A DNA stretch of 64,000 nt from Catajapyx aquilonaris (lineage: Eukaryota). Positions 37,684 through 50,489 of this stretch are shown here, piece by piece. Position 1 is the first letter of the stretch, and every line of letters starts with the position of its first letter. The notes below the pieces were generated by a model. It searched no databases. It saw only the letters and a program-made list of their open reading frames with translations, and had not been told where the DNA came from. The stretch spans positions 1-64,000 of the forward strand of contig JYFJ02001471.1 of NCBI GenBank assembly GCA_000934665.2. Direction: 5' to 3'. Both the position numbers and the translations under genes were made by a program.

Positions 37684-40330
37684 ATGAAGCGTGTGGGGAC
37701 CGTCCTCCTCAAGCTGCAGAAGAGCGTTGCGGCAGGGAACTGGGAGCAGGGAAGGTGAGAGGGCTCGTTGTGTAACTTTGATGTGTGGGAATGTGGGTAC
37801 AGAGCTCTTGGTACAGGGGATGACAATTTCTGATTACTAAACCGGCATTCCAGATGTGTACGGGCATTGTCTGCCAAGCCGCAACCAGCAGAGAAGCCGT
37901 CGCATGATCCCCCGAAAGAGGCAGCGAAGGCCGCACAGGGGCCGGCGGAGTCGGGCTCGTTTATGATGAATCTCTTTCGAGGGCAGGCCCAGATGGAGCA
38001 GGTGCTCCCGTACCCCGAGCCTCTCAATGCGGATCAGAGGGACACCTTGGCTATGCTGGTGGATCCTACCGATAGGTTCTTTAGAGAGTGTAATGACCCG
38101 CTTCGGAATGATGCTGAGGAGAAGGTGCCTCCAGAGCTCACAGAGGGCCTGAAGGAGATGGGAGCGTTTGGTATTATGGCAGGTACCAAGTATGGGGGAC
38201 TGGGGCTCAACAACACCCAGTATGGTCGCATGGTTGAAATTGTTGGGTATCACGACTTGGGCGTTGGCATCTTTCTCGGTGCTCATCAGTCCATTGGGTG
38301 GAAGGGAATACTGCTGTTTGGAACTGAAGAACAAAAGATGAAATATCTGCCAAAGGTCTCATCTGGTGAGCATTTTGCCGCATTTTGCTTAACCGAGCCA
38401 TCCAGTGGGAGCGATGCAGCATCTATACGCGCTCGTGCTGAGCTGTCCAAGGATGGAAAGCATTGGATCCTTAATGGAAGCAAGATATGGATCAGCAATG
38501 GTGGTATTGCCGAGGTTATGACTGTCTTTGCCCAGACCAAGGTGAAGGACGAAGCCACTGGCACTGAACGGGATAAGGTCACTGCCTTCATTGTTGAGCG
38601 CAGTTTTGGTGGCGTAACATCCGGACCCCCTGAGAAGAAGATGGGAATCAAATGCTCCAATACAGCTGAAGTTTACTACGAGGATGTCAAGATTCCTGTT
38701 GAAAACGTGCTTGGAGGAGTTGGCAATGGCTTTAAGGTGGCTATGATCATCCTGAACAACGGCCGATTTGGAATGGCTGCTGCCTTGAGCGGGACGATGA
38801 ACGCATCTATCAAGAAGGCAGTGGAACATGCCACGCAGCGCACCCAGTTTGGACAGAAGATCGATTCTTTTGGTACCATCCAGGAGAAGCTGGCTCGGAT
38901 GGCCATGCTGCATTACGTCACTCAGTCCATGGCCTACATGGTCAGTGGGAACATGGATCGTGGAATTGCCGACTACCAACTGGAGGCTGCTATAAGCAAG
39001 GTATGCTATATCACTTGCTTGTGGACTGGATTGAACTGACTTGCTGTGGGTGAGTTAATGACTGGAATTCTGCAATTTTCAGGTCTTTGGCTCTGAGGCA
39101 GCATGGTCAGTGACAGATGAGGCGATCCAAATCTTGGGAGGAATGGGCTTCATGAGGGAAGCGGGGCAAGAGAAGGTGCTTCGGGATATTCGCATTTTCA
39201 GGATTTTTGAGGGAACAAATGATATCCTTCGCCTGTTTGTGGCTCTCACAGGTGAGTTGACTGGTTGCAAACCAAGGAATCGTTACTGTATTTGTTTATG
39301 CAGGTATGCAGTATGCTGGCGGTCACCTGAGGGAGGTTCAGAAGGCCTTGAAGAACCCAGCTGCCAATGTGGGCCTCCTGTTTGGCATGGCAGCAAAGAG
39401 GGCCAAGCACAGTATGGGACTCCCAATATCAATGCCGATCGACCAGCATGTCCATCCTGACCTCAAGAAGGAGGCTCAACTGCTGGCTGAGTCAGTAGGA
39501 GCATTTGGATATGGGGTGGAGCAGCAGCTGATCAAGCATGGGAAGAACATTGTTGACAAGCAATTCCAGCTGAACCGGGTGGCCAACGCAGCCATCGATA
39601 TTTATGCCATGGCTGTCGTCCTCTCCAGGGCATCAAGAGCACTCTCCAAAGGGCTTTCATCTGCTTCACATGAGAGGGCCATTGCCAGTGTGTGGTGCAA
39701 TGAGGTATGACCTGTGTTTATTAAACATGTTACAGGGTACCAGATGCGCAGTTTTGGGTTCAGCTGCTTCCAAAACTGTCATGAAGCTACCCTAGATCAA
39801 TGAACAGTGCCTTCTGATGACTGCACCAATATTAGCTGTAAATGTGCAGACAGATACGAGGCATACAACTTACACAATATATTACAATTTTTTGGGAATT
39901 GTTTTGCTGCATTCTTGGGTCTGTGTTTCAAGAGGTGTGGCGAACTTACAAAACTGTAACTCCGAATTGGTGTTATACTGGCAAATAATGTGGGGAATGT
40001 ACCCAACGCCAGATTTCCCAATAGGCAGAGTAGGCAATTGGCTTGCCTATACCATGTGTTAACAACACAATAAGGAAACCAGTGGCAGGGTTGTTTCAAT
40101 GACAGAGTTATTGGCACACACGCTTCATTTGAATGCAGGGCAGGTAATTATTAAACCTGAACATGTGCTAATTAGATTATTTTCTTTTACAGGCATCTGC
40201 CAGAGTTCAACAAAACCTCAGGAGCCTTGAGTCATCAGCGCAGCTGGAAGACTTCAGCACAATGAGTCAAATAGCGAGGGAGATTTGCGAAAATGGAGGT
40301 GTGGTGGCGATAAATCCTCTGGGGATTTAA
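37684..40330 (+). CDS. ACADVL: Very long-chain specific acyl-CoA dehydrogenase, mitochondrial, about 641 aa; exons 37684-37754, 37854-39000, 39083-39251, 39304-39704, 40193-40330
   Basis: Basic N-terminal presequence, [59 protein letters not shown], catalytic [24 protein letters not shown]-type C-terminal extension ending NPLGI. Confidence 0.95.
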
Positions 40331-40500
40331 ATGATGGCATGGAATATACGTAAGAAGTTGGTGGTCAAACCACAAAGATAGCAACCATATTGTGTATTGC
40401 ATGCTTCGTATTGCTCAGGTCAGTGTTATAAACAAGTATTTTTTGTGGCTGAAACCCAAGAAGTATTTTTCAGAATATTGTCTACGAGTGCCTGTTCTCC

Positions 40501-40586
40501 AATAAATCAATGCAATTTCTGGTTGTCCCGAGACCCCATTTCCACAAGATAAAACCAGAGAAGATAATCAGTAACATAAATTTATT
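40501..40586. terminator. Facing polyadenylation signals of ACADVL (+) and shark (-)
   Basis: AATAAA at 40501-40506 on +; TTTATT at 40581-40586 (AATAAA on -). Confidence 0.5.
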
Positions 40587-41495
40587 TCTGTGTTACTGTC
40601 AACACCTGTATTTACATTTGCCTGTAATGTACTATAAAACCTGTAAAAACATTGTAAAAGTTCTAAAAAATCAACGCTTCTTAATTTCTTGCAGCTCCAA
40701 TTGTCATAAACCTCATAACCTCTAACTGGTCTATATAAATCCATACAAATGCAAAAACCAACATGTAACGAATTGCAGAACTTACAAAACTCGGGCTTTA
40801 CAGGTCACTTTGAACACAGCTGGCATCCAATTGCCACATGTTTACTCAACACATGAACTTGTATTCTCTTGACTACACATTTAGAACGTCAATATTGAAA
40901 CATCAAGATGACACCGAGAAAAATTCAGGAATGGAAGATTCAGTAAGCTAATAGTATCACAGTAATAACAATGGATCAAATACTATTGGCAACAACTCGT
41001 ATTTTGTACTTGCACCGGTAACCATTCCAGAGAAGGGGCTGTCCATAAATTATGCTACTTGGTTTCTCTAGTATTTCACCCGCTTCTGGTAATGCATTAT
41101 CAAGCTCTCTAATCACATTCCTTCCTGTCAAGAGCATGTGACACATGCATGTTATATTCCTTCCCTGTAATTCCTAACTAGTCAAGATCCCCCACGGTAT
41201 GGCAGAGATCCCTTAGGCATCCAGGACGTGATTTTTTTTCTATAAAAACTGGTCATGTCTACATCCTGGGTATGTAAGCAGTACCGTGAGATACTTTCGA
41301 ATGCACACCCCTCACTCGCAGTGACTTGATAATTCTGGCCCCCTAATGGCATTACGTAATTTGTGGACGACCACAGGTATGGCACCATTCTGATTTGGCC
41401 TATCTCTGTTTTGATTCATGCCAGCCAACTGGGATGAGCTAAAATTTACAACATCAACACACTGAGAAATGCCATAAATGTGAAGAGAAATGGGA

Positions 41496-44400
41496 CTATA
41501 GAATGTCCCTTTCCATGACCAGTTGTCGTATGTTGGTGTATTCCGGGTTGGAAGTGAAATATTCAAACATGTCCTGGAAGGACGGCCTGTCCTCGGGCTT
41601 GTATGCCCAGCACGACTCCATCACTTTGCCTGTTGACAGTGGGCAGAGGTCTGGCTTTGGCAGCCTCTGCCCACTTTCAATGAGCTCAATGACCTCGATC
41701 CCTTTCATGTCACCGTATGGTTGCTCCCCCAAGGAGAACATCTCCCACAAGGTGATTCCGTAGCTCCAGATGTCGCTGGCATGGGAGAAGGTCCCGAAGT
41801 TGACCGACTCTGGAGCATACCATTTGAGGGGCCACCGTCCTCCTTGAGAAGCCCTGTAGTACTCGCGCCCTGCTCCAAGTGCACGGGACAGCCCAAAATC
41901 GGAAATTTTGGCTTGATGGCGTGAAGACAGGAGGATGTTTCGGGCAGCCAGGTCGCGATGAACAAATCGTTCTGACTGAAGGTACAGCATTCCACATGCT
42001 ATCTGGGCAGCCCAAAGACGAAGATCCAAGGTGGGGTTAATTGAGTTTGGGTGGCCCAGAAGATAGTCCAGTAGAGAGCCCATTGGCACCACCTCTTGAA
42101 CCTGCAGGTGTATGGTATATTTAAAACTTTGACCACGTTGACTGCATTACTCCTTGCTGATCACGTGCAAATTTATCATAATCTTCATACGATATCATCT
42201 TATATGGAATATTCAAACTCCCATGCTGTAGAAATAATAACATTCCACATCATACCATCAGCAGAGGCGGTCCTTTGCATATCCCAACAAGGCTGACAAT
42301 GCAGTGGTGGTGCAGGCGTATCATGACTTTCGCCTCTTGCATGAACTCTTCTCTGCTGGTCTGCAGTTGCTCTGCCTGAAGAGTTTTCACAGCTACTTCT
42401 CTTGACTCTCCTTCGGAAGCACCTGGAGGGGTGTAGGTTGCGCGAAACACAGCTCCGAATTCACCCTCACCTAGAACCTCCCCTAACACCAATGAGTCCC
42501 GTGGGATGGAATCTGGAATAAAAAGGGCAAGTCAGCCATGCATGGTCAAGGCACAGAGTTTACATCACAGCCACACCACACTACTTACCTATATTGCTTA
42601 CTTTCACTTGCGTAGGTGATCCTGGTGATATCTTCCTGGGGAGTGGAACTGGTGGTAATGGCCTCTGCAATGTCTTCCCATTCACCTCGGGTTCCTTATT
42701 CTTGATCTTCTTCTTCTTCTTTGTTTCCTCGGGCTTAACTGGTTTTCCTAGTGTGGTGGGTAGCCCATCTGACAAAGCACTGTAGTGCACTATGACGTGC
42801 TCTAGGCTGTCCAGGTACGGTCCATCATCTATGCAGTACCGTGAACCTCTCTTCTGTATCTCAAAGTTGAAGAGATGTCCCTGGTGGAGCATGGTTAGGA
42901 CATACATGCCAGGCTTCCTAGGTGTCTGACGCACTAGGTACACTCCACCTCCGCCAGTAGCCACCCTGTGAAGGCGGTTCTGTGCTTCCTGACGATCGAT
43001 GACACCATGGTACCAATCTGATTGGTTTGCTTTTGCAGATGGTGGACAGTAACCTTCGAGAAGCTCATAACATTCAGTGTGTCCACCCTTCAGTGCTAGA
43101 TCAGAGGGCGTTTCGTCAAGAGTTGTTCGTGGACGCACTGGTGCATTTCTTGCCAACAACTTCTCTACACAATCGGTGTGCCCCCGGCTGGCTGCCTCAT
43201 GCAGGGGCACCCAACCAGTTTCAGGGTTTCTTGCTTGTGGGTTGGCACCTCCAAGGTCCACCAATATGGTAACGGCACTGGGACGGTTAGTCTGTGCAGC
43301 ATAATGCAGAGGGGTGTACCCGGCGGTGTCCCTGGCATTGACACTGGCCGCAGCCTCAATCAACTTCTTCAAAATATCATCTGTGCCAAGTTCACTTGCC
43401 AGGTGCACTGCCGTCTTCCCCTCCTGGTTCTTAGCATCAATGCTGCGGTAGCCACATTTCAGGAGCTCGCTCACAACCATGTAGTTTCCTGGAAGAATGC
43501 AAGAAAGTTCAGGCATAGTCCAATGCAATTGTTTGAAATTCCAGACTTACCACTCCTGAGTTTAAATAGCCTTGGAGTGCTTTTGGTAGGAATAGGAACA
43601 GGTCAATTATTATATGCAGTACTCCTAGTGGTGTATTTAATAAAAACTGAACTTATCTAAGTCACAGGTGATTAATTTGAGAGTATGTGAGTACATTTGG
43701 TGATGTGCTATGACTTTAGACTCCTGCTTACTCTGCAGTGAATTATACACAGCATGAATATAAATCATTGCCATGCCCCAATTCGGATATGGACAGGCAA
43801 TTTATGTGTGTATCTTGCGCACACACAGCTCCTGGTTCCTAGTCGTCAAGAGCTTGGCCCTTTTGAAAGTGACTTTTTGGACAGTGCCCCCAGCATTCTG
43901 TTGGTTTATTAACTTTTTGATATAGTGTGCCACCCTGACCAAAGCAGCCTTGGTGCAGGTGTCTACATTAAAGCCATCTTTTGCAACATAAATGCAGGCA
44001 GTAGACATTATACCAGCAACATACAAAAGTTTTGTGATTTAAGGAGTATTCCAACACATCTGGGACCATATTAGCAAATTGGTCGAAGCATCATGCTATT
44101 ATGACCCTTTCATTGCATGCAGATTTACCCAGGTTTCCATTCATTCAAGAAAGCCAAACGCTACCTTCTTTGGTGGCGCGATGCAGTAGATTTGTGCGTC
44201 CGTGCCTGCGAGAATCCGGCGGCGGTGGGTTCTTCTTGACACTCCGTCCAAGCTTGGTGATAAGTCCATGAGACGACTCCTGGTAATGCTCAATCAGAGT
44301 ATCCAGACCATGGATTATAGTCTCCTCATCTGCCAACAACCACATATTAATACCGGGGCTCCTTCCACACAGCCACACCTTGCCTGTAACATGTCACCTC

Positions 44401-44693
44401 GTATATTACCAATAGAGAAGAAGGCATCCTCCCCATGCCTGCGTATCTGGTAGTGCACGATGTCTCCCTTGTGCAGCACGCTCAGCACGTAGTCCCCCAC
44501 CGCCGAGCTGCTCTCTCGAACCAGGAACAACCCTTCCTCGTCTTCGTCTGCAATTTAAGAAGCCACAAGAGTGATTGTCACGTAATGATTGTCCGGGGAA
44601 ATGTGTCTTACGCAGGTTTTCCTTCAGGATCTGCTCCGCGGCCTCACGGGAGAGCTTCCCGTGGAACCACGCCACCGTCTCGTCCCGGCTCAT
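41496..44693 (-). CDS. shark: Tyrosine-protein kinase Shark (SH2-ankyrin-SH2-kinase), about 715 aa; exons 44693-44612, 44547-44410, 44329-44165, 43488-42589, 42512-42256, 42101-41496
   Basis: MSRDETVAWFHGKLSREAAE SH2, RRHGRTNLLHRAT and ankyrin repeats, second SH2 WYHGVIDR...IDDGPYLDSLEHVIVHY, kinase GEGEFG, VAVK, HRDLAARN, DFG, YYRASQGGRWPLKWYAPE. 2148 nt in frame. Confidence 0.96.
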
Positions 44694-44819
44694 GGTTTCC
44701 GCCTCGATCTGAAACGGGCCACGGGGCATCATGACAGCCCATTTGCAAAGAGACTAGAGCTGGCTACAGAGACAGACCAACGCAAAATGATTTTTTACCC
44801 AAGCAGTCAGCAGACATGA

Positions 44820-45292
44820 CCGGATGTGGCCATCAAGTGAAGATGAGGAAGTATCGATACGGTGTGGGGATCGAAAAAAAGTATCGATATTTCTAATTAG
44901 GTTGGGGTGCGTGAATGACAAGCGGATGTTGTGACGCCAGTTGGTGCACGTGCTAATTAGTTGTTATGATGCTCATTTTAAATGAGGTAGAGACAGGTGC
45001 AATTAGTGCCATTAGTGATGCTGGGTGTATCGATACAGGCTGAGTGTTTACACAGCCAAGTTACAGAGTTGTAGCCAATCACAACGCGATTCTGCAGCAC
45101 ACTGGCCAATCCGGAGATTCCCGCAACTGCGCAGTGAACACCAGCCGTTTTGAGTAAACGTACTATTTTAATTAGGAGCTAATTACATTTTACTGTGCGC
45201 GTTAAATTGTTATGATAAAGCGATGCAGAGCACTGGTAAGAGACGGGAAGTGACGTACCTTTTCGACGAGGATGCGATGCTCGGTTGTTTCC
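44820..45292. promoter_or_regulatory. Putative bidirectional promoter shark/Roc2 with three DRE motifs
   Basis: TATCGATA at 44852-44859, 44882-44889 and 45028-45035; CCAAT boxes at about 45076 and 45106; GGAAGTGACGT at about 45246. Confidence 0.65.
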
Positions 45293-45539
45293 ATGATGGC
45301 GGACGAGATGGGCACTTCTTCAGAGAACAACAACAACAACAACAACAACAATCCGGCCAAACCGGGTCTGGAGTCAGCAGGGGCGGCCTCCGGGGCGGCT
45401 GGTGGAGCAGGGGCAGGGGGAGAGGAGAACAACCACAAGCTGGACAAGATGTTCACCCTGAAAAAGTGGAATGCCGTGGCCATGTGGAGCTGGGACGTCG
45501 AGTGCGACACCTGTGCTATCTGCAGGGTGCAAGTCATGG
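45293..45539 (+). CDS. RNF7: RING-box protein 2 (Roc2/RBX2/SAG), first coding exon only; remainder not found in window
   Basis: [32 protein letters not shown] then donor [15 protein letters not shown] distinguishes RBX2 from RBX1. Start at ATG 45293 or 45296. Confidence 0.93.
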
Positions 45540-45825
45540 GTGAGTCACTCCCAACTGGAGGTGGGAGAACCTTTGATTGCAGCTTTTTATCTGTGTAGCC
45601 CCCATTGAACCAGTCTGAGAGAAAAACAGGTCGGGCTTAAGACCTGAACTTTGATCAAGTGGCTTACACACATTTGCAGCAGGAAGATGCATGCTATAGG
45701 GATGGATCATGTTGCAGTAAATGCTGGATGACAGTTCAAGACATTCTGCTGCCTGCATGTGTTCATGATATTGCTGTGCAAGCTTGGTTATTATCAGATG
45801 TAGTCAACAAGTAATGAGCCGTACA

Positions 45826-46494
45826 TATGTTGTGGAAAAACTGTGTAACCGACTATAACGCTGGCTGGCAGCGATAACCGTAAGAGCTTAGAGAAAATTA
45901 TGCGCATGTGCACGTTCAGCTAGAGGAAGCAGGGGTCACATTATGTGATCGAAAAGGAAGCAACCCGCCGAAAGCACTGTCCAGTCAATAAAAAATGGGC
46001 TGTAGGCTAGATCAATGTAATATTTAACTTTTTCCGAAAGTATTGCCAGTGCCGATTTAGGTATTTATCCCACTGAGACACTTGGTGTACAATGGCCTGC
46101 TCATGGAAGTCCTTGGGTTGTTCTTGGAACCACATCCAAACTTTCTCCACTTCATCATCCATCTGCAATCTGCAGGCAATATGCAAGCTTTCAGTTCACC
46201 GAAAACATGAAAGTAATAGGGGAACAGGTTGGTACTGTAGTGGACGGATGTCAGAGTACTTCCACTTCAATTTATGCACAAGATCTTTGATGAAATTTTC
46301 TGTATGGGGGCGGGCATTATCATGGCATTCTCGCATGCAGGGATTGTGCTTGGACGGTGCTTTCGGCAGGTAGCTTCCTTTTTGATCATGTAATGTAACG
46401 CCTGCTTCTTGGCGCACATGCACATAATTTTCTTTAAGGTTTATCCTTGCCAATCTGTATTATTGTCTGTTCCATAGTTTTTTTTTTTTACAAT
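45826..46494 (-). mobile_element. Decayed mariner-derived element with long imperfect inverted arms and transposase remnant
   Basis: Arms GAAAATTATGCGCATGTGC...AAAAGGAAGCAACCCGCCGAAAGCAC versus GTGCTTTCGGCAGGTAGCTTCCTTTT...GCACATGCACATAATTTTC; minus-strand HDNARPH motif in ORF 46196-46453. Confidence 0.8.
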
Positions 46495-46917
46495 AAATGC
46501 AGCTTGTTTTTTATTGACTGCACCTAATACAAGTCATGTGACATTGATTTTTGGGTGTTGGTCTAAGAGCCCTGAATCACATACTGTTGGCTGTCAATCC
46601 AAAATTGCAATGGAAGTTGGATCGTTAGAATGGTTATGCGCTGCAAATCCATCTTTGATTGGTGTGAATTACATGGTATTGCCCAAAACTTATACTTTGC
46701 GTGCAGGCTATGATAAAGCTCATTTAGGGTGGGTTGTACTGTACAATACTGTGCTGGACATATTAGCAGTCCCTTTTNGGGGGGGGGGCTATCAAAAAGT
46801 ACAGTGGATTACATAAATGCTTGGCCCTACAGGCAAAATTAATGCTTACCATTACCAAAGCCACCTGCAATGGGGTTATATTGAGATATGTCTGCCTGAG
46901 TGTTGCTGCTGTATATA

Positions 46918-47468
46918 CAGTAAAACTTCCGTAAGTCGATAGAAGATTCGAGTTAGAGAAGTTTTGAATTTTTAAGCACATACAACTCCATAAGGAAGCC
47001 TACCTTTATATCCAGCAACGAAAGGGGTTCAAAACTTACAAATAACTGTTACTATCACACTGCAATGTTCCTCATTGTTTTGTTGAAAAAACTTCGTTAT
47101 GGACATTTGCCTACTCTTAGATCAGCCCTCACTCTAAAGGATTCAATATTGTCACAATCATGTCAAACACTTCTTTCGATAGACGGAGATCAGGAAGGAG
47201 CCTTTCTGTACATGTGGCCTACTCTCCACCCTTCGGCTGGGAAATGAGAATTTTTTTTGTACTTGCCAACATGAACTTTGACTTAGGGAGACTGAAAATG
47301 CATCAATATCCCATGGTAAGGCCCTGCCTGCACTTCGAGTTATGGAGAACTTCGAGTTATAGAAACTTGAGTTAGGGAAGTTTATTTCCTATTATTTTAC
47401 ATTGTGACCAACCAAGGTCATAATTATCTTCGACTTATAGAAAAGTTCGACTTATAGAAGTTTTACTC
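46918..47468. mobile_element. pogo/Tigger-type MITE (copy 2 of the 6890-7357 family, inverted)
   Basis: TA|CAGTAAAACTTC...GAAGTTTTACTC; internal CCTACCTTTATATCCAGC and AAGGATTCAATATTGTCACAATC are reverse complements of copy 1. Confidence 0.85.
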
Positions 47469-48201
47469 ATCTGTTTGTGACAGGGTGTTGGCTTTTGTAT
47501 AAATGTTCGTATGGAAAGGAACTCCAGTACTTGTAAATGACAGGGGTGAACCGGTGGTGAATGGGTTTAAAATCATATTCATAGAGGCAGCTCTCACCCA
47601 AGAAACACCTTATCTGAATACCACCAAGTCTGGACACCAAACTGCAATAACCGAGGGTAATTTGAGGCTCAGCTGGTGGAGTTGTCATGCCTTGTGCATG
47701 TAATTTCTGAGTTACTGTGTGCTAAATGCATGACAACTCCACGTCTTACTGAGTTACTTATCCCAATTGCGTTATCCATTGGAGTGAGTTGCATGCAGGT
47801 AAGGCTGTGCGTGAAGTCTGCCATTGAGCAGAACATGAAGTACTGTAAGGTAAAAAGTGTGGCAAGTTCATACGACATAGATAGCTTAATTTTAAAATGC
47901 CTTCCAATCATCAAGTTGGTGTGTCATAATGCATCAAATCTTCCTGCCATGGTTGCTGTAAGAAAGGTGTACTGTACTCTCGATTATCCGTGCTAATGAA
48001 TGCATGGTGTGCCCGGAAAAATAGCAAAACATGGATAATCCGAACTTGGTCCTAGATACGGTAAAAATGAGCTATTTCACAGACTGTTTTAAATGAACTA
48101 TTGCATAATTATACTCTATGCCACTTTAAATCAAGTTTAATCAAAATAATAAAACTTATCATTCATTTTTAGTTTTTCTTCTGGAAAAAGTTTGCTATAT
48201 T

Positions 48202-48495
48202 CAGTGGCGTAATGGGGGGGGGGGGGCTGCCCTCCCCAGAAGCCTTGCACTCTCCCCCTAAAAATGACAGTTGCATAAATTGCATAAATGATTGTGTAGT
48301 TTTTATGGCTTCATTTACTTGTGACGCAATTTTTGTACAGCATGAGTTTATACTGTACATAAATAGATAATTTCAGTATATTTCATTTCCTCCCAAAAAT
48401 ACTTTATGATAGGGATAGGCTATCTCACAGGAAGTGGCCATGCTGCCTCCACCCCTCCCCACCCCACCCAGAAAATGTGTGTGGTTATGCCACTG
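48202..48495. mobile_element. hAT-type MITE with 8-bp TSD
   Basis: CAGTGGCGTAA...TTATGCCACTG termini flanked by GCTATATT and GTTATATT (one mismatch). Confidence 0.75.
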
Positions 48496-48671
48496 GTTAT
48501 ATTTCTTTGTTTGTGAGACATACTGACATTCTTCAATATTTCAAACTTTGGTTTTTGTTGATGAATGTTAATCTGCGCCCAGAAGATCGGGAATACAGTG
48601 TAAGAAAAAAAGTGGAAATTTTTATGCACAATTTAAGCATGATATAAATATTATTGAGCCTCACTTTTTAA

Positions 48672-49114
48672 CCCTTAACTACGTAGGTGGAGCCTGAGAG
48701 GCTCCAAGCACTATTTAAACGCATGTAACTTTTACATTGAATTTTATTTTCCCCTGTCCTTCCGTGACTTTGTCAGAAAAACCTTCCTAAGCATGAAAAG
48801 GAAAGAAAAAAATTTTAGTCCCTATTCTTTGGTTTTAAAAAATTCGTAACGAGGAACAGGTCCCTCCTGGAACAGCTCAGGCTCTATATCTCGTAGGTGA
48901 AGCCTGAGCGGCTCAAACATGATGTAACCTTTTAATTTAAAAATTTTCCCTGTCTGAATATGCTGACTCAGCGTGTGATTTTTACGTATTTGGAAGCCTA
49001 AGGATCTGAACTGCACTTTCTGTATGGGAAAAGTCCAATATAACAATTTAGTTGATAAGCAGAAATTTAAATATACCGTTGGAGCCTCATAGGCTCCACC
49101 TACGTAGTTAAGGG
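48672..49114. mobile_element. piggyBac-type MITE with TTAA TSD
   Basis: TTAA|CCCTTAACTACGTAGGTGGAGCCT...AGGCTCCACCTACGTAGTTAAGGG|TTAA, perfect 24-bp TIR extending into an internal GGAGCCT/AGGCTCC palindrome. Confidence 0.9.
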
Positions 49115-49256
49115 TTAATGCAATGTTATAGAGAACAACTTCCATTAAAAATTGTGCCAAGATCCTGGCATGGATCCTTTGTGTTAATGCCATGTCATTA
49201 TTGTGGGTTGCTTTTATGCCAGAGATTACTCATTATAACTTAGTTTTACAGTTGTT

Positions 49257-50037
49257 CAGTTGACTCTGGATATAACAGCCTCGGTTATAACGGACTTTCG
49301 GTTATAACTAAACAGACTCGAAAGGCCAGTCCCGCCATACTTCCATAAGGTCCTGTGCAATCTTACTCCTGATATAACATACTCATTTGTACAATACCTC
49401 AGCTATAACAGACAATTTTTTGGCCCCTTGGAGGGAAAATACACTGTTTTTTATTATATAAATTCCTTTCCCTTGTGCAGGATGGCAAAAAATAATGGAG
49501 GGGGGTGATTTTCATATCTGTCACTGATCTAAGCCACTCAAAGTCATTCTTTTTCTGGGATATGTGGCAAAAAGGAGACGGCAGAAGAAAATTATATATT
49601 TTTTAAAATCATGCCTAATTTACGGGGGTGCGAATTTTGCCTTTTTGTCAATAGTTTCATTAATAAACGCAGTAGTGTGCATTATAAGCACATGGAGAGC
49701 AGAAAACTTGTGTATTCGTTGATTGGTTTGGTTTATTTAGAAGAAGCCAAAGCAACTAGGACTATCTGGCTAAGAGAAGACGCAAAGGTGGGACAGATGG
49801 AGAGAGAATCGAAGAGAAAAAAGAATTGTGCAAAGATTGAATTTTTAAAAGTTATGTCTTTGACTTGAATATATCAAATGCTGATGGCCGTAACGACATA
49901 AAAACTGTAAACAATGTTTTTAAAATATAACTCAAGGGGTGTATTTGTTGAAAAATGGCGATTTGGCTATAACAGACCTCTGTTATAGCATACTTTTTCC
50001 ATGGTCCCTTGAAAGCTGTTATATCCGGAGTCAATTG
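49257..50037. mobile_element. Second pogo/Tigger-type MITE family
   Basis: CAGTTGACTCTGGATATAACAGC...GCTGTTATATCCGGAGTCAATTG|TA with repeated GTTATAAC/CTATAAC subterminal motifs. Confidence 0.78.
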
Positions 50038-50489
50038 TATGAGGAATTACAAAAAATTACAGGTGTACAATTGGTGAAACTACAACAGTTTTGATTTTTT
50101 TGACAAGAAGTGATAATTGCAGAAGGCATATCTGCCTACAGTACACCCTGAAAGTTAGCTACAAGTAGAATATTAAATACCTCCATGGAAAACTATAAAA
50201 AAATAGTGCAGTGTACTGTAAGCAACAAATAAGTAATTTCTTCTTGATTTCATAATTTTGTGGGGCTCTCTACTGCTATTCCATGCACTGCGTATTATTG
50301 CACAATGAATGAACTAATTATGTAAGTCAGTGCACATGGTAAGTGACAACTGCGTAACATAATTCACACTGAAAGTCATCTGTTGACATCTGGCAGCTTC
50401 TCAAAGTTTTTACTCTAGGTGCAGGTCACAAGGTGATAAGATTACTTGGCTGATTGTTAGGGTTGTGTGCAATCTTCCAAAGGTGAAAG

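Noticed and set aside
45687..45815. DACYR... as Roc2 exon 2
   Set aside because: Resembles DACLR only at the start; weak AAG acceptor and none of the WGECNHSFH or CPLC RING residues.
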